From an uncultured Spirochaetales bacterium (lineage in GTDB: Bacteria; Spirochaetota; Spirochaetia; Sphaerochaetales; Sphaerochaetaceae): a stretch of DNA of 64,000 nt. Positions 24,908-35,072 of this stretch are shown piece by piece. The notes beneath the pieces were generated by a model, which saw only the letters and a list, made by a program, of their open reading frames with translations, was not told the origin of the DNA and made no database searches. How positions within the stretch are numbered: the stretch's first letter is position 1; the number at the start of each line of letters is the position of its first letter. The stretch covers positions 2,085 through 66,084 of the forward strand of contig CADBSO010000135.1 of NCBI GenBank assembly GCA_902797395.1, in the 5' to 3' direction. The translations under genes were made by a program, and so were the position numbers.

Positions 24908-26522
24908 TTGTCCCCCTCAAAAGTATTTTGGAAGCCTTGGCGCCGCCGACATTCTTCAAAAAAGCAGCCAGCCTCGGACCCCTCTCCTTGTTTATGAGGA
25001 CGGAATATGCGGCTTTGAACAGCTCCTTCGGCTCGATCTCAACCCCTTCGGCGATATCATACAGCTTGTTCGCTATATCCTTCTCGTCCATATCATCTAT
25101 TTCCTCGCAAAGCTTTCCGACCATTATAACCGCCTTGTTTTCCCTATGGCCGAGCTCCGGCCTCGGACTATCAGGCGATTGCAAGCTCCAATTATAATCG
25201 CTATCAGCATACTTGCGCAGCCAATTCACAGCGCAAACGGCTTTCTCCTTCAGCCTGTAGGCCTGTGAAGGATCGGCATCGGAATACAATGCGACAACTT
25301 CCTCGATGTTGCAGGAATGAATCAGCAGAAGATTGCACAAATGCCTGAAAGAGACCTGCAAGGACGGAGTCTGCGGAACCTCATAAGGCTGCGACAGCTC
25401 GTATATTCTCCTCTCCTTCTCCATCTTGTCAGCCGGAGCCGGAGTGATTCCGAATGCCACTCTTTCCGTATTGTCATAATCCTCGTATATCTTGAATACG
25501 TCGGTATCGAACGATATTGCGAATTCGGTATTCGGCCTGGGCTTGGCGAACATGTATCTGGTCACTTCGGGAGTGTATATTTCCAAAACCTCCCCAAGCG
25601 ACACCACATCGCCAGACGACGAGGATATCTTCCCGCCATGCCCTTTAATGGAAATGAAATCATACTGCAAGGACAAAGGCGCATGCTTCCCGAATAATTC
25701 GACAATCTCCTTGGAAGTGTCAAAGCTTCCGCCGCTGGAGTGGTGATCCTTTCCCGCCGGCTCGAAATCCACATCCTCCTTGGCCCACCTCATCGGCCAA
25801 TCAATTCGCCAATTGAGCTTGACGAGAGATGTCTCTCTCAGATCAACAGTTTCCTCCTGATTGGTCTCATCATCCCGATAAGTCACCTTCCAATCGCCAT
25901 CATACGACAATACCGTAGTGGTATCCTTCTTCGTGAAAGACGAAAATATGGAAATCGGCCACCAGTTCTCATCCAGCGGCTTATCCCTATACTTGTTCAA
26001 TATTTCTATTATCTTCGATTTATTCTGAAGAGCGAACCTGATATCGCTGGCATAATAGGATGACTTATACCTCTCGGCCTGATAAATATACTCCGGCCTT
26101 ATTCCAACCAAAGGAAGATCGTCCTCCACCTCAAGCTCATTTTTTCTGGCATAGGAAGAACAATCCGAACCGGACGTATCCGGAACATCGGTTATCGGAA
26201 AGCGCAAGTGCTTCTGCAGCACATCCTGCTGCGGCATGTTCTGCGGAACCTTTCTGAAAACATCATAGTCATCCCACGAATATATGAATCGGACCTGACA
26301 CCCCTTTTTCCGAAGCGCGCGGACAACGAGCTCGGTGGTTATTATCTCTCTGAAATTCCCTATATGAACCGTTCCCGACGGTGTGATTCCCGAAGCAAGA
26401 GTATACAGATTCTTATGTGGCGATTTCGCAAGAACCGATTGGGCCATCCTGTCTGCCCAGTGCATTGTCTCATTATCAAATTCCTTGCCCCTTCCGGCAT
26501 TTCCGTTATTCCTATCAGCCAT
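24900..26522 (-). CDS. lysK: Lysyl-tRNA synthetase, class I
   Basis: The HIGH-type motif is TVHIGNFRE and the KMSKS-type motif is KISSSSG. Length of about 540 aa is typical of class-I LysRS. I chose the start at MADRNNG (26522). Confidence 0.9.
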   Translation of the reverse strand: MADRNNGNAGRGKEFDNETMHWADRMAQSVLAKSPHKNLYTLASGITPSGTVHIGNFREIITTELVVRALRKKGCQVRFIYSWDDYDVFRKVPQNMPQQDVLQKHLRFPITDVPDTSGSDCSSYARKNELEVEDDLPLVGIRPEYIYQAERYKSSYYASDIRFALQNKSKIIEILNKYRDKPLDENWWPISIFSSFTKKDTTTVLSYDGDWKVTYRDDETNQEETVDLRETSLVKLNWRIDWPMRWAKEDVDFEPAGKDHHSSGGSFDTSKEIVELFGKHAPLSLQYDFISIKGHGGKISSSSGDVVSLGEVLEIYTPEVTRYMFAKPRPNTEFAISFDTDVFKIYEDYDNTERVAFGITPAPADKMEKERRIYELSQPYEVPQTPSLQVSFRHLCNLLLIHSCNIEEVVALYSDADPSQAYRLKEKAVCAVNWLRKYADSDYNWSLQSPDSPRPELGHRENKAVIMVGKLCEEIDDMDEKDIANKLYDIAEGVEIEPKELFKAAYSVLINKERGPRLAAFLKNVGGAKASKILLRGTSE

Positions 26523-26532
26523 TTGAAAACTC

Positions 26533-27195
26533 CTATTTCGCAAGTTTGGCTTCATTCGCTATGGCTACGGATGCGGAGCATCCAACCCTATCAGCGCCAG
26601 CCTCGATCATGCTTATGAACGTCTTGAAATCCCTTATGCCGCCGGAAGCCTTGACGCCAAAGCCCTTCCCGACTTCCTTCCTCATCAGCGCAACATCCTC
26701 AACCTTTGCCCCGGACAAGGAAAATCCGGTCGATGTCTTGACACAATCAGCGCCGCCTTCAACGGAAAGCGCGCAAGCCTTCCTCTTCTCATCATCATCA
26801 AGCAAGCAGCACTCCAGTATAACCTTCAGATAGACATCCTTCCCTATTGCGCTGCGAACATCCCTTATCTCTGACAAAGCGACATCATGCCTGCCATCCT
26901 TCAAGGCAGCGACATTAAGAACCATGTCTATCTCCCCAGCGCCCTGACGAACCGCAGCCTCAGCCTCTTTCGCCTTTATGAGTCCCGTGCTTTGGCCAAG
27001 CGGAAACCCAACAACCGCGCATACTTTCACATTGCTGTTCTTCAGCGCCTCATAGCAATCCGGCACGTAGAACAGATTCACGCACACCGAGTGAAAATCG
27101 TATTTCCTGGCCTCGTCGCAAATCCTCATTATTTCCTTGCGTCCGCAAGAAGCGGATAAAAGCGTATGATCAATATATTTTGAAATGCCTTCCAT
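26533..27195 (-). CDS. deoC: Deoxyribose-phosphate aldolase
   Basis: Blocks are YIDHTLL, VCAVVGFPLG, EIDMVLN, CVKTSTGF and VKASGGIR. I chose the start at MEGISKYIDHTLL. The ORF track extends to 27282, adding a hydrophobic 29-aa extension. Confidence 0.9.
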   Translation of the reverse strand: MEGISKYIDHTLLSASCGRKEIMRICDEARKYDFHSVCVNLFYVPDCYEALKNSNVKVCAVVGFPLGQSTGLIKAKEAEAAVRQGAGEIDMVLNVAALKDGRHDVALSEIRDVRSAIGKDVYLKVILECCLLDDDEKRKACALSVEGGADCVKTSTGFSLSGAKVEDVALMRKEVGKGFGVKASGGIRDFKTFISMIEAGADRVGCSASVAIANEAKLAK

Positions 27196-27516
27196 AATCA
27201 AACCCACCCAAATTCCAAATAAAATCATCGGAAACCAATGCCAAGCAAAGACCCGACGAAGCAAAAGCCCGAAGCTTTCCAAAATTCATCTCAAAACGAT
27301 GCGGTGTCCATTCCGAACCAAAACACCTCAAGAAAGCCGCATATGCCGTGTTTTACCTTTTCTCAAGGCGAAACACGGTGCGTCTTCACAAATAATCCGC
27401 AGCATTATTTCCAAATACATATGATATTTAATATGGTTTTTTTTTACAAATGGGATTTCCTGAAACGGCCGCTCGAATCCATTCCTGCCGGCTCCGCTCC
27501 TCTTCCAATCAAACAG

Positions 27517-28221
27517 CTACATTCTAAGGCTGGTAAAGTAATATCCGGCATATGATGCGATCATGCCGAAAAGGCCGGCATAATTCAACTGCATGCTGAA
27601 ACCCGACACTCTCAATGTAATGAAAATGAAGAAAAGAAATGACGAAAGGATATTCACCTTGCGCATCGTCGAGCTCACAACATAAAAAAGCCGCTGCATG
27701 TTCTCAAGCATTGTAAGATGCGCCATAAGATAAAACAAAACGACAATCACAACCGACAAACGATCCGAATAAACGCTCGGATGCACAAATGTCAGCAAAA
27801 CAACCGACATCACAAGCGAAATCCCATAAAGCGCGCCGTTCGATTTGAAATACCTGCTGCCAGCCAGCACATTAACCGCAAACGGCATCATGGCACTATG
27901 GAACACAATAAATCTGAACACATAGAAAAGCGCTGTGCTGTTCTCAACGGAAATCGGAACGAATTCAAACGCAAGGCGGAATATCAAATCCAGAAGCGAC
28001 AAAATCATGAAAACGAGAACGCGATCATGCTTTTGTCTCAGTCTTATGCTTGAAACAAGAATTATAAAGCAGAAGCTTGACGCATAAAACACTTCCACCG
28101 ACCTGATGCGCAGCATCTCCGACTTATATGTTAGAGCAAACCACACCGATAAAAAAAAAGTGAGGACGATAGCCGTGTAGGCTATCGCCCTCAAAAAAAC
28201 ATTGCTTTTAGCTATTCTCAC
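27517..28221 (-). CDS. Polytopic membrane protein (about 7 TM), unknown function; start uncertain
   Basis: A hydrophobic ORF. A strong terminator-like hairpin lies within its first 25 codons, so the true start may be Met36 (28116). Confidence 0.45.
   Translation of the reverse strand: MRIAKSNVFLRAIAYTAIVLTFFLSVWFALTYKSEMLRIRSVEVFYASSFCFIILVSSIRLRQKHDRVLVFMILSLLDLIFRLAFEFVPISVENSTALFYVFRFIVFHSAMMPFAVNVLAGSRYFKSNGALYGISLVMSVVLLTFVHPSVYSDRLSVVIVVLFYLMAHLTMLENMQRLFYVVSSTMRKVNILSSFLFFIFITLRVSGFSMQLNYAGLFGMIASYAGYYFTSLRM
28151..28192 (-). terminator. Rho-independent terminator candidate after the 413-aa membrane-protein gene
   Basis: The minus strand reads GAGGGCGATAGCC-acac-GGCTATCGTCCTC (13-bp stem, 1 mismatch) followed by T9. 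It begins 16 nt after the stop at 28208. Confidence 0.55.
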
Positions 28222-29449
28222 TTGATTTCACTATTGGAATATCACATGCTTTAGTACCGAAATTGATGGCAAACGTATCAGCAAACAATCCGAAAATGCT
28301 CAGCATCGGAACATATGCGGCCGAGAATGTCATCACATGATCGCTTATAAGCTCAGGCATCACAAACTTGATCGCAGCCACTATGAAAAGATACTCCATT
28401 CCCGGAAAAGCCCCCGACAGCAAAGAGAAGCCAAAGCAAAGACCAAGAAGCATCAGCTGAGCAAATGCGGAAAGGCTTTCAGGAGCGGAAGCCCTGATCA
28501 GCGACACTATCGCCAAATATGAAAGCGATGCGCTGCAAGCCCGTGAGAAAAGATACATTATGTCTCCTGCAACAACCGTAGTCCTTTTCAACGAATTGTT
28601 CTGGTGCCTATGGATTTCCTCCATAACGGGAACTGAAAACAAAAGATTGCCTGAAAAAACCGAAACGAGCGATGTTATCAGCGCGCTCCAAACGACAGGG
28701 AGCGGATTCTGCTTGAACTTCGTGAAAAGCATGAATAAAATCGGAAAAACCACAAGGCAGATCACGCCGTAGAACACTCCCATCTTCACAAGCAAGCCCG
28801 TGCTGCTCGAGATGACCATCATTATTTCAGAGCTGTGATCAAGGATCCTTGAGAAAAACGCTCCGAATATCACAAAGAGAAACACAATGTAGACATTGCA
28901 CACCGTATAGAAGAACCTGAAGCCTACCTCATTTATCGAATTGGCCAAAGCGTATGCCGGCTGTATGACTCTAAGATCCGGATTCAAATAATACGAAAAC
29001 AGCATGAACAGCACAAACGAAAACAGAACCCCGAAATACACCAGCTGCGGCATTCCGATAGCCGCCTTCAGAAAACCGGCCCCGCCGGCTGCGTCAGCCA
29101 AAGGCGAAAGCTCTACCAGCGAAGCGGTCTTCATCGGCATCGAAAAATCCGAATGCGTGATGAAAGTCTCGCCAGCGATGAACGAAAGAACCAGAACCGC
29201 AATGCCTGCCACAAGCGTCCAAAGCATGCTTTTGGCAATCGTGATACCGTATTTCCTCGTTCTTCTCAATGATGCCCCAGAACCCAAAACGGTCATAGCG
29301 ATGAAGCAAAGCGACAGCACAACGCCCAAATTGATGAGCACGCCGGACAACCCCCTGACTATCCCCATAGCGACAGCATCGTTCCTGAAGAACCACATCG
29401 CAACCGCTGAGAGGATGAAGGAAAAAAGATACATCAATCTAAATCTCAT
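28208..29449 (-). CDS. Polytopic membrane protein (about 10-12 TM), possible distant transporter
   Basis: 413 aa, hydrophobic throughout. Its size and some loops weakly recall cation:dicarboxylate symporters, but no diagnostic motif was confirmed. Confidence 0.45.
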   Translation of the reverse strand: MRFRLMYLFSFILSAVAMWFFRNDAVAMGIVRGLSGVLINLGVVLSLCFIAMTVLGSGASLRRTRKYGITIAKSMLWTLVAGIAVLVLSFIAGETFITHSDFSMPMKTASLVELSPLADAAGGAGFLKAAIGMPQLVYFGVLFSFVLFMLFSYYLNPDLRVIQPAYALANSINEVGFRFFYTVCNVYIVFLFVIFGAFFSRILDHSSEIMMVISSSTGLLVKMGVFYGVICLVVFPILFMLFTKFKQNPLPVVWSALITSLVSVFSGNLLFSVPVMEEIHRHQNNSLKRTTVVAGDIMYLFSRACSASLSYLAIVSLIRASAPESLSAFAQLMLLGLCFGFSLLSGAFPGMEYLFIVAAIKFVMPELISDHVMTFSAAYVPMLSIFGLFADTFAINFGTKACDIPIVKSSENS

Positions 29450-29545
29450 AGCTATCTCTCAAAAAAAACATATTAATGTGTGAAATGTGTAATCCCGTAT
29501 ATGATATACATTATTGTCATTTTTTGCAATTGCACAGGCATCCGG

Positions 29546-30151
29546 TCATTTGGTAAGAGAAGACAGCGCTTTGCTCCTGATTATGCCGCCGAAATACACG
29601 ATCAGCGACAAAAGCGAAAAAAACGCGGCGCAATAGGAAAGGATCCGAAATACCATCACCGCAGCGCGTTCGAATTCCGGTGAGATTGAAGGCTCGAATG
29701 CGCTTGCTGAAGCATATGCTATCACAATAAATGACAATGCGGCATAGAAAGCCGTCTTGAACTTTCCAAAAAAATTGGCGGGAAGCACCGTGCCGGCTTT
29801 CACAAGAAGCAATCGCAGAAAAACAATGGTCAGCTCGCGGAACATGATAACATAAAACGCAACGAAACTGATGAGATCAAAACGCATGAAAAGAGCGAAA
29901 AACGTAAGATGCATCACAGAATCGGAAAACGGATCAAAGACCTTGCCCAAATCAGTGACCAGCCCCCTTTTTCTCGCAATCCTGCCGTCTATGAAGTCGG
30001 TTATCTCCATATATGCGTATATCAATAGGCAAGCCAATGCGGCCGAAATCCGAACAGCATGCGAGCCAGCCAGCCTGATCAAGCAGAAGAACACAGCAAA
30101 CACCGGCGTCAGAACATATCTGGACAATGTGAGCTTATTCGGCAGTGTCAT
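29546..30151 (-). CDS. pgsA: CDP-alcohol phosphatidyltransferase (phosphatidylglycerophosphate synthase-like)
   Basis: It carries the motif DFIDGRIARKRGLVTDLGKVFDPFSDS, which fits D-x2-DG-x2-AR-x8-G-x3-D-x3-D. Confidence 0.85.
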   Translation of the reverse strand: MTLPNKLTLSRYVLTPVFAVFFCLIRLAGSHAVRISAALACLLIYAYMEITDFIDGRIARKRGLVTDLGKVFDPFSDSVMHLTFFALFMRFDLISFVAFYVIMFRELTIVFLRLLLVKAGTVLPANFFGKFKTAFYAALSFIVIAYASASAFEPSISPEFERAAVMVFRILSYCAAFFSLLSLIVYFGGIIRSKALSSLTK

Positions 30152-31794
30152 ATCGCAACCTCCCCCATTATTGCATATCTCCTTACTGCCTGAAGATCGC
30201 TCAGTCCGGAAATATAATACGTATCCGCGGAAGCCGGAAGCATTCCTTTGAAGAAGACGAAATCTATCCTGAAGTTTCCGTTTTCATCCCCATATGTGAA
30301 TCCGGGATGAGCAGACCCTATAGTCGGCGCGGAATACCTTATCGAATTATACGCATCGACATACCCGTTCTCCTCGAAACTCTGAACAAACGAACCGCTA
30401 ACCGGCGCGACGATTTCACCGAGAGCGGCGCTCGGAAGTATAGCCGCGTCGTAATACGAAGTCTCAAACGGGCTTGCGAAAACAAGCGAGGGCTTATCGG
30501 CTGACCTCAATTTCTCAAACGCTTCCGACCTGTAGCTGGCAGGCTCCTTCAAAGCAGCGGATGAATCAAAGCGACTCCCTTTGATCTCACCTTGATAAAG
30601 CTGAACGGCGAAATCATTGAACTCTATGTACCCGCCAGACCTGCTGAGGAAATCCTGATTGCAAATCACTATTCCGTTTTGTATTATCATGGTAGTCGGA
30701 TACTTTTCCTGACTGAACCCATTGATTATGGGAAGAACCCTGCTTCTGCTTCCCGTGATAACAATAAGATCAATATTGAAATTCAAAGCATAATCAACTA
30801 TAGCTGAAGTCAAAGCATTTCCTTCAAAAGGCGAATATGCGGTGGGAACAAAAAGGTACTTCAGCCTCTTGCGCTCGCGGGCAACAGCATTTGTCTCAGC
30901 GTAATCCGAACTTTTCGCAGCCGGCTGGGGGAGCGCCGGAGCATCCGCCTGCGGAGCTTCAGCCGGCGCGTTTGCGGCCAAAACCGCTCCAAAGTCTTCC
31001 GCTGAGGCTATTCCGGCCGGTGGCTCGTCTTCCAATACGTCATCCGGCACTGCTGCGATTTCAGGCGGCTGCATTTCCGGAGATGCGAGAACAACCTCAT
31101 TTTTCGGTCCGACCGGATCCGCAGCCAATGATATCTCCACCGGCGCGGTTTCATTCTCAGACTCCAGCGCCGACGCGGTTTCCCGCACAGATTCCGGTAT
31201 GATTTCCACCACAGGCTCCGGTGCGATTGCCGTCTCGGACTCCCGTGCTGATCCCAATGTGATTGCCGTCGCAGACTCCCGCACAGGCTCCGGTGCGACT
31301 GCCGTCACAGCCTCCAATTCGGATCCAGCCCCAACAACCCTCTCAGGAGATACGGATATCATATATATTTCAGGCATTTCCGGAACTTCAGGAATTTCGA
31401 AAACCTCACGAGCCTCGCGAGCCGGCGGATCCGCAGCGGCAGCCAAATCAATCACCAGCGGCATAGGCGCATCCTGCGAATCCGAAGATTCCAAAACATC
31501 CGCAACCGCTACAGTAGCCGAGCTGATTTCCGGCGCCGGCAAAACGCGCTCCGCAGAATCGGAATCACGCATCAGCGCGTCACCCGAAATCAGCTGCGAG
31601 TCAGCTTGCAATTCAACTGATTCGGGCTTATCCTGCGAGACTCTGAGCACGTCATCGTTGGAGTAGCGTCCCGAGGCCCCTCTGAATTCCGAATACGCAA
31701 TATGCGGCGTCCTCGAGAAGGTCTGGCACGAGGAAACCGCAGCAACAAGCAGAACCGAAATCGCCAGAATTACAAAAGATTCAAAGTTTCGCAA
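30148..31794 (-). CDS. Lipoprotein with an acidic Pro/Glu/Ala-rich repetitive central region
   Basis: The lipobox is LVAAVSSC. The central region has EIPEVPEMPEIY and a repeated TA(V/I)APEPV(R/V)E. The C-terminal about 250 aa ends ...GNFRIDFVFF, loosely reminiscent of the endonuclease/exonuclease/phosphatase fold (unverified). Confidence 0.5.
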   Translation of the reverse strand: MRNFESFVILAISVLLVAAVSSCQTFSRTPHIAYSEFRGASGRYSNDDVLRVSQDKPESVELQADSQLISGDALMRDSDSAERVLPAPEISSATVAVADVLESSDSQDAPMPLVIDLAAAADPPAREAREVFEIPEVPEMPEIYMISVSPERVVGAGSELEAVTAVAPEPVRESATAITLGSARESETAIAPEPVVEIIPESVRETASALESENETAPVEISLAADPVGPKNEVVLASPEMQPPEIAAVPDDVLEDEPPAGIASAEDFGAVLAANAPAEAPQADAPALPQPAAKSSDYAETNAVARERKRLKYLFVPTAYSPFEGNALTSAIVDYALNFNIDLIVITGSRSRVLPIINGFSQEKYPTTMIIQNGIVICNQDFLSRSGGYIEFNDFAVQLYQGEIKGSRFDSSAALKEPASYRSEAFEKLRSADKPSLVFASPFETSYYDAAILPSAALGEIVAPVSGSFVQSFEENGYVDAYNSIRYSAPTIGSAHPGFTYGDENGNFRIDFVFFKGMLPASADTYYISGLSDLQAVRRYAIMGEVAI

Positions 31795-32171
31795 AATCTC
31801 ACCGCCTCGCCTTCGGCGTATTTTTCCTTAACAGCTATGTCAAAAGCCCCATCGCCTTTGAAACGCGGAATAAGATGAACATGAACATGTCCAACTTCCT
31901 GACCCGCCGCAGGACCATCATTCACCATGATGTTTATCGCATCGCACTTCAAAGCATCCCTCATTTTCGCATCAACTTTCCTAACAGCCGCAAACAGACC
32001 GGCGATTTCCTTCTCATCAAGCCTGTCTATTGTAGGAACGCATTTTTTCGAAACAACAAGAGCATGGCCCTTCCTTATAGGCGCGATATCGAGGAACGAA
32101 ACGCAATACTCGTCCTCATAGATCCTGTAGGAAGGAATCTCACCTGAAATTATCTTATCAAAAACATCCAT
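31770..32171 (-). CDS. HIT-family nucleotide hydrolase/transferase
   Basis: The histidine triad is HVHVHLIPR. I chose the start at MDVFDKIISGEIPS. Confidence 0.85.
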   Translation of the reverse strand: MDVFDKIISGEIPSYRIYEDEYCVSFLDIAPIRKGHALVVSKKCVPTIDRLDEKEIAGLFAAVRKVDAKMRDALKCDAINIMVNDGPAAGQEVGHVHVHLIPRFKGDGAFDIAVKEKYAEGEAVRFCETLNLL

Positions 32172-32257
32172 ACACACTCCAATCGCCGGAATCACAATCA
32201 CCGGCAGCCAATCTCTAAAACCTCATGCCATGCGACATGCTCTTCCCCTAAAGCCTC

Positions 32258-35068
32258 CTACCCGTCCAGCTTTATATTGACAGGCCTGCCCGTCTTACGA
32301 TCCGTAAGAAGGAATTTACCGTCATCGCTGACTTTCATATTAACGCTCATGACCTTTGAAACACCCTTCTCGTGCTGAACCACTCCGATAAGCGCATTGC
32401 CGCCCTTCAGCGTATATTTGTTATGTGTGATCATTATGAACTGGGAAGTATCCTTGAAATCACCAAGCATCGCAAGAAAAGCGTTGACGTTCTTCTCGGA
32501 AAGCGCCGCAACCGGCTCATCAAGAAAGCAGAATGGAGCCGGCTTGATCTGATATATCGCAAAAAACAAAGCCAAAGTAGCGACAACTTTCTCACCTCCG
32601 GAAAGGCTTGAGACATGAGTCGCGGATTTGCCCGGAGGACATGCATAAATCTCCACGCCGGCCTCGAGGTCATTTTCCGATTCCTCAAGCTTCAGAGAAG
32701 CTGTCCCTCCTCTTGATAATGTGGAATAAAACGTATTGAAGTTCTCATTTATCTTATCAAACGTCCTCATGAAGAGTTTTGAGCTTTCCGAACGGATATT
32801 GACCAGAACGCCTTTCAAATCCTCCCTGGCCTTCGTATAGTCATCAAGCTGAGCCTTTATCAGCTCGTAATCCTTCTTCACGCCCTCAAACTCCTCTGCT
32901 GCAAGATAGTTTATGTTGCCATACGTCTTTATCTGATTTCTGAGGATCTGAACACGGCGCCTTATCGCCTGCATGTCCTCATTGCCTGTTACGCTCATAG
33001 TGGCGGCAAGCTCCTTAACGCTCAGCCCCTCTCTCTCGAAATACTCATCGGACTTGGTTCTTATAAGCTCTTCCGTACCCTCGATCTTGGCCTTAAATCC
33101 TGCGATTTTCTCCTTTAGCTCCTCCATATCAACCTGATCCTTGTTGCCCATATCTATGAGCTCCTGATCGATTTTAGCCTTTGCCCTCTCCTTGTCATCG
33201 CGTTTCCTGATCTTCTCATCGATGCTCTTATTGAACTCATCCACTTCCCTCTGAGCCGACTGCGCATTGCTTATGTTATCATCCAAATTCCTTTTAGCCG
33301 CCTCAGCATCCCTCTCGATTTCCAAAAGCCGGGATTCCATTGATTGCGATTGCTCATCCAAAACGCTTTTTCTGACACTCATCCCTATGAGCTGATCCGA
33401 AACCGACTGTTTCTCAGCTGACAGCGATCTTATCAGAAGCTGAATCGCATTCCTCTTTTCAGAGGCCTCGCGAATGGAACGGCGCACCACATCAATGCGC
33501 TTGTTGAGATCTCTTATCTTGTCAAACAGCGGTGAAACCAGGTCATCAGCCTTCTTTGCCTCCTCGACCGCCTTGGAATCCTCCCTCAGCTTGGAGAAAT
33601 CAGCGCCGCATTTCTTGTATTCCTCGAAGAGACCGATTATCTCATCAAGTATGCTTCTCGCCTTGGACAAATCCGGATCCGCCAGCGGCCCGACGGTTCC
33701 GATTATCCTCTTGAGCTCTGAAATCCTAGCCAAGAGGTTCTCTTCGGCTTTCTTTCTGGCTTTGATTTTACCGCTATCCCCAATTTCCTCGTAAACCGAT
33801 GAAATCACATTATGGGCTTTGGAAACGAACCGGTCGTAATTCTCAAACAAATCGGATTCCAGAGAAGCCTTCTCTTCCCCATAGCGAGTATCCTTATCCC
33901 CAAGGGATCTGATTATTTCAGTCGCTTCCTCAGACTCCTTTTCCGAATCGGAAATCCGCTTTTCCACAGATTTCAGCGCCTCATTCCGTTCGGCTATAGC
34001 CTCCTCAAGCCATTTCCTCTCCTGTTTGTTCTTCTTATCGGCCTCTATGGTGTCATCACGCCTCTTCCTCATTTCCGAATATAATTCCTCAAGTCTGGTT
34101 CTAGCATCCAGAAAAGCGGAAAGCGCCTGCTGGCGAGCAGCTCTCATCTGAGTCGCAGCGGTTATTTCACTGCAAAGTATCCCTATCTCCTCCCTCAGCG
34201 TAGAAGCCTGCTTCTGGCTCTCGGTCATTTTTTGCGCAAGCGTTTTGGATTTCTCTTCCAAAGCCTTAAGCTTCTCCTGACTCCTTTTGAGCTGCTTGTC
34301 CAGCTCATCCTTTCTGGAGACATATTCATTGATATCCAAAACGACAAGCTTATCCTCAAGCCCCCTCAGCTCCTTTCTATCGGCGTTGTAGTTAGCAGCC
34401 GCTTCCGCCTGATTCTTCAGTCGGGTGTACTGCCGCTGCAACTCGGAAAACCTCGCATTGACTTCCTTCAGATTCGCATCCGCGGCTTCCAATCTCGCCT
34501 GAGCTTCCTTCTCGTCCATGCGATGCTTTGAAATCGCAGCGGCCTCCTCGAAAATCACACGCCTATCGGCAGGCTTCATCTTCAATATCTCATCTATCTC
34601 ACCCTGCTTGAGAATAGAGTACGAATTCTTTCCAACACCAGTATTCGCCAAAAGCTCGTTTATATCCTTCAATCTGCAAGGCTGCCTGTTTATGAAGTAC
34701 TCGCTTGAGGTGTCGAAATCATTGTCGCCGCGCACTGCGGTTATCGATATCCGACGACGGATCTCGACTTCTGAAGTGTCTATTGGCAGAGCGCGATCCT
34801 CATTTGAGAATACGATCGCAACCTCGGCGAACTTGGATCTGGGACGCGACCCGTTTCCCCAGAATATCACGCTTCCCATGCCGACTTCCTTCACCGCGCG
34901 CACAGCGCTTCCGGCTTGAGCGCCAAGAACCCATACTATCGCTTCAAGAATGCACGTCTTGCCATTGCCGTTTTCCCCTACAACGCAGGTTATGCCATCG
35001 GAAAACTCTATGTGGGTCTTATCCGCAAACGACTTGAAGCCGATCATGTCCAAAGATACGAGCCGCAT
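32258..35068 (-). CDS. smc: SMC chromosome-partition ATPase (short, no recognisable hinge)
   Basis: The N-terminal head has GFKSFADKT...VVGENGNGKT and NSYSILKQGEIDEILKMKPADRRVIFEEAAAISKH. The C-terminal head has LSGGEK and FCFLDEP. A long heptad-rich middle connects them. Total length is 936 aa. Confidence 0.8.
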   Translation of the reverse strand: MRLVSLDMIGFKSFADKTHIEFSDGITCVVGENGNGKTCILEAIVWVLGAQAGSAVRAVKEVGMGSVIFWGNGSRPRSKFAEVAIVFSNEDRALPIDTSEVEIRRRISITAVRGDNDFDTSSEYFINRQPCRLKDINELLANTGVGKNSYSILKQGEIDEILKMKPADRRVIFEEAAAISKHRMDEKEAQARLEAADANLKEVNARFSELQRQYTRLKNQAEAAANYNADRKELRGLEDKLVVLDINEYVSRKDELDKQLKRSQEKLKALEEKSKTLAQKMTESQKQASTLREEIGILCSEITAATQMRAARQQALSAFLDARTRLEELYSEMRKRRDDTIEADKKNKQERKWLEEAIAERNEALKSVEKRISDSEKESEEATEIIRSLGDKDTRYGEEKASLESDLFENYDRFVSKAHNVISSVYEEIGDSGKIKARKKAEENLLARISELKRIIGTVGPLADPDLSKARSILDEIIGLFEEYKKCGADFSKLREDSKAVEEAKKADDLVSPLFDKIRDLNKRIDVVRRSIREASEKRNAIQLLIRSLSAEKQSVSDQLIGMSVRKSVLDEQSQSMESRLLEIERDAEAAKRNLDDNISNAQSAQREVDEFNKSIDEKIRKRDDKERAKAKIDQELIDMGNKDQVDMEELKEKIAGFKAKIEGTEELIRTKSDEYFEREGLSVKELAATMSVTGNEDMQAIRRRVQILRNQIKTYGNINYLAAEEFEGVKKDYELIKAQLDDYTKAREDLKGVLVNIRSESSKLFMRTFDKINENFNTFYSTLSRGGTASLKLEESENDLEAGVEIYACPPGKSATHVSSLSGGEKVVATLALFFAIYQIKPAPFCFLDEPVAALSEKNVNAFLAMLGDFKDTSQFIMITHNKYTLKGGNALIGVVQHEKGVSKVMSVNMKVSDDGKFLLTDRKTGRPVNIKLDG

Positions 35069-35072
35069 CCGA

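Noticed and set aside
27196-27282. A 29-aa hydrophobic N-terminal extension of DeoC, from the ORF-track start at 27282.
   Set aside because: DeoC is cytoplasmic, and the conserved N-terminus (ISKYIDHTLL) begins right after Met30. The extension is probably just an upstream in-frame ATG.
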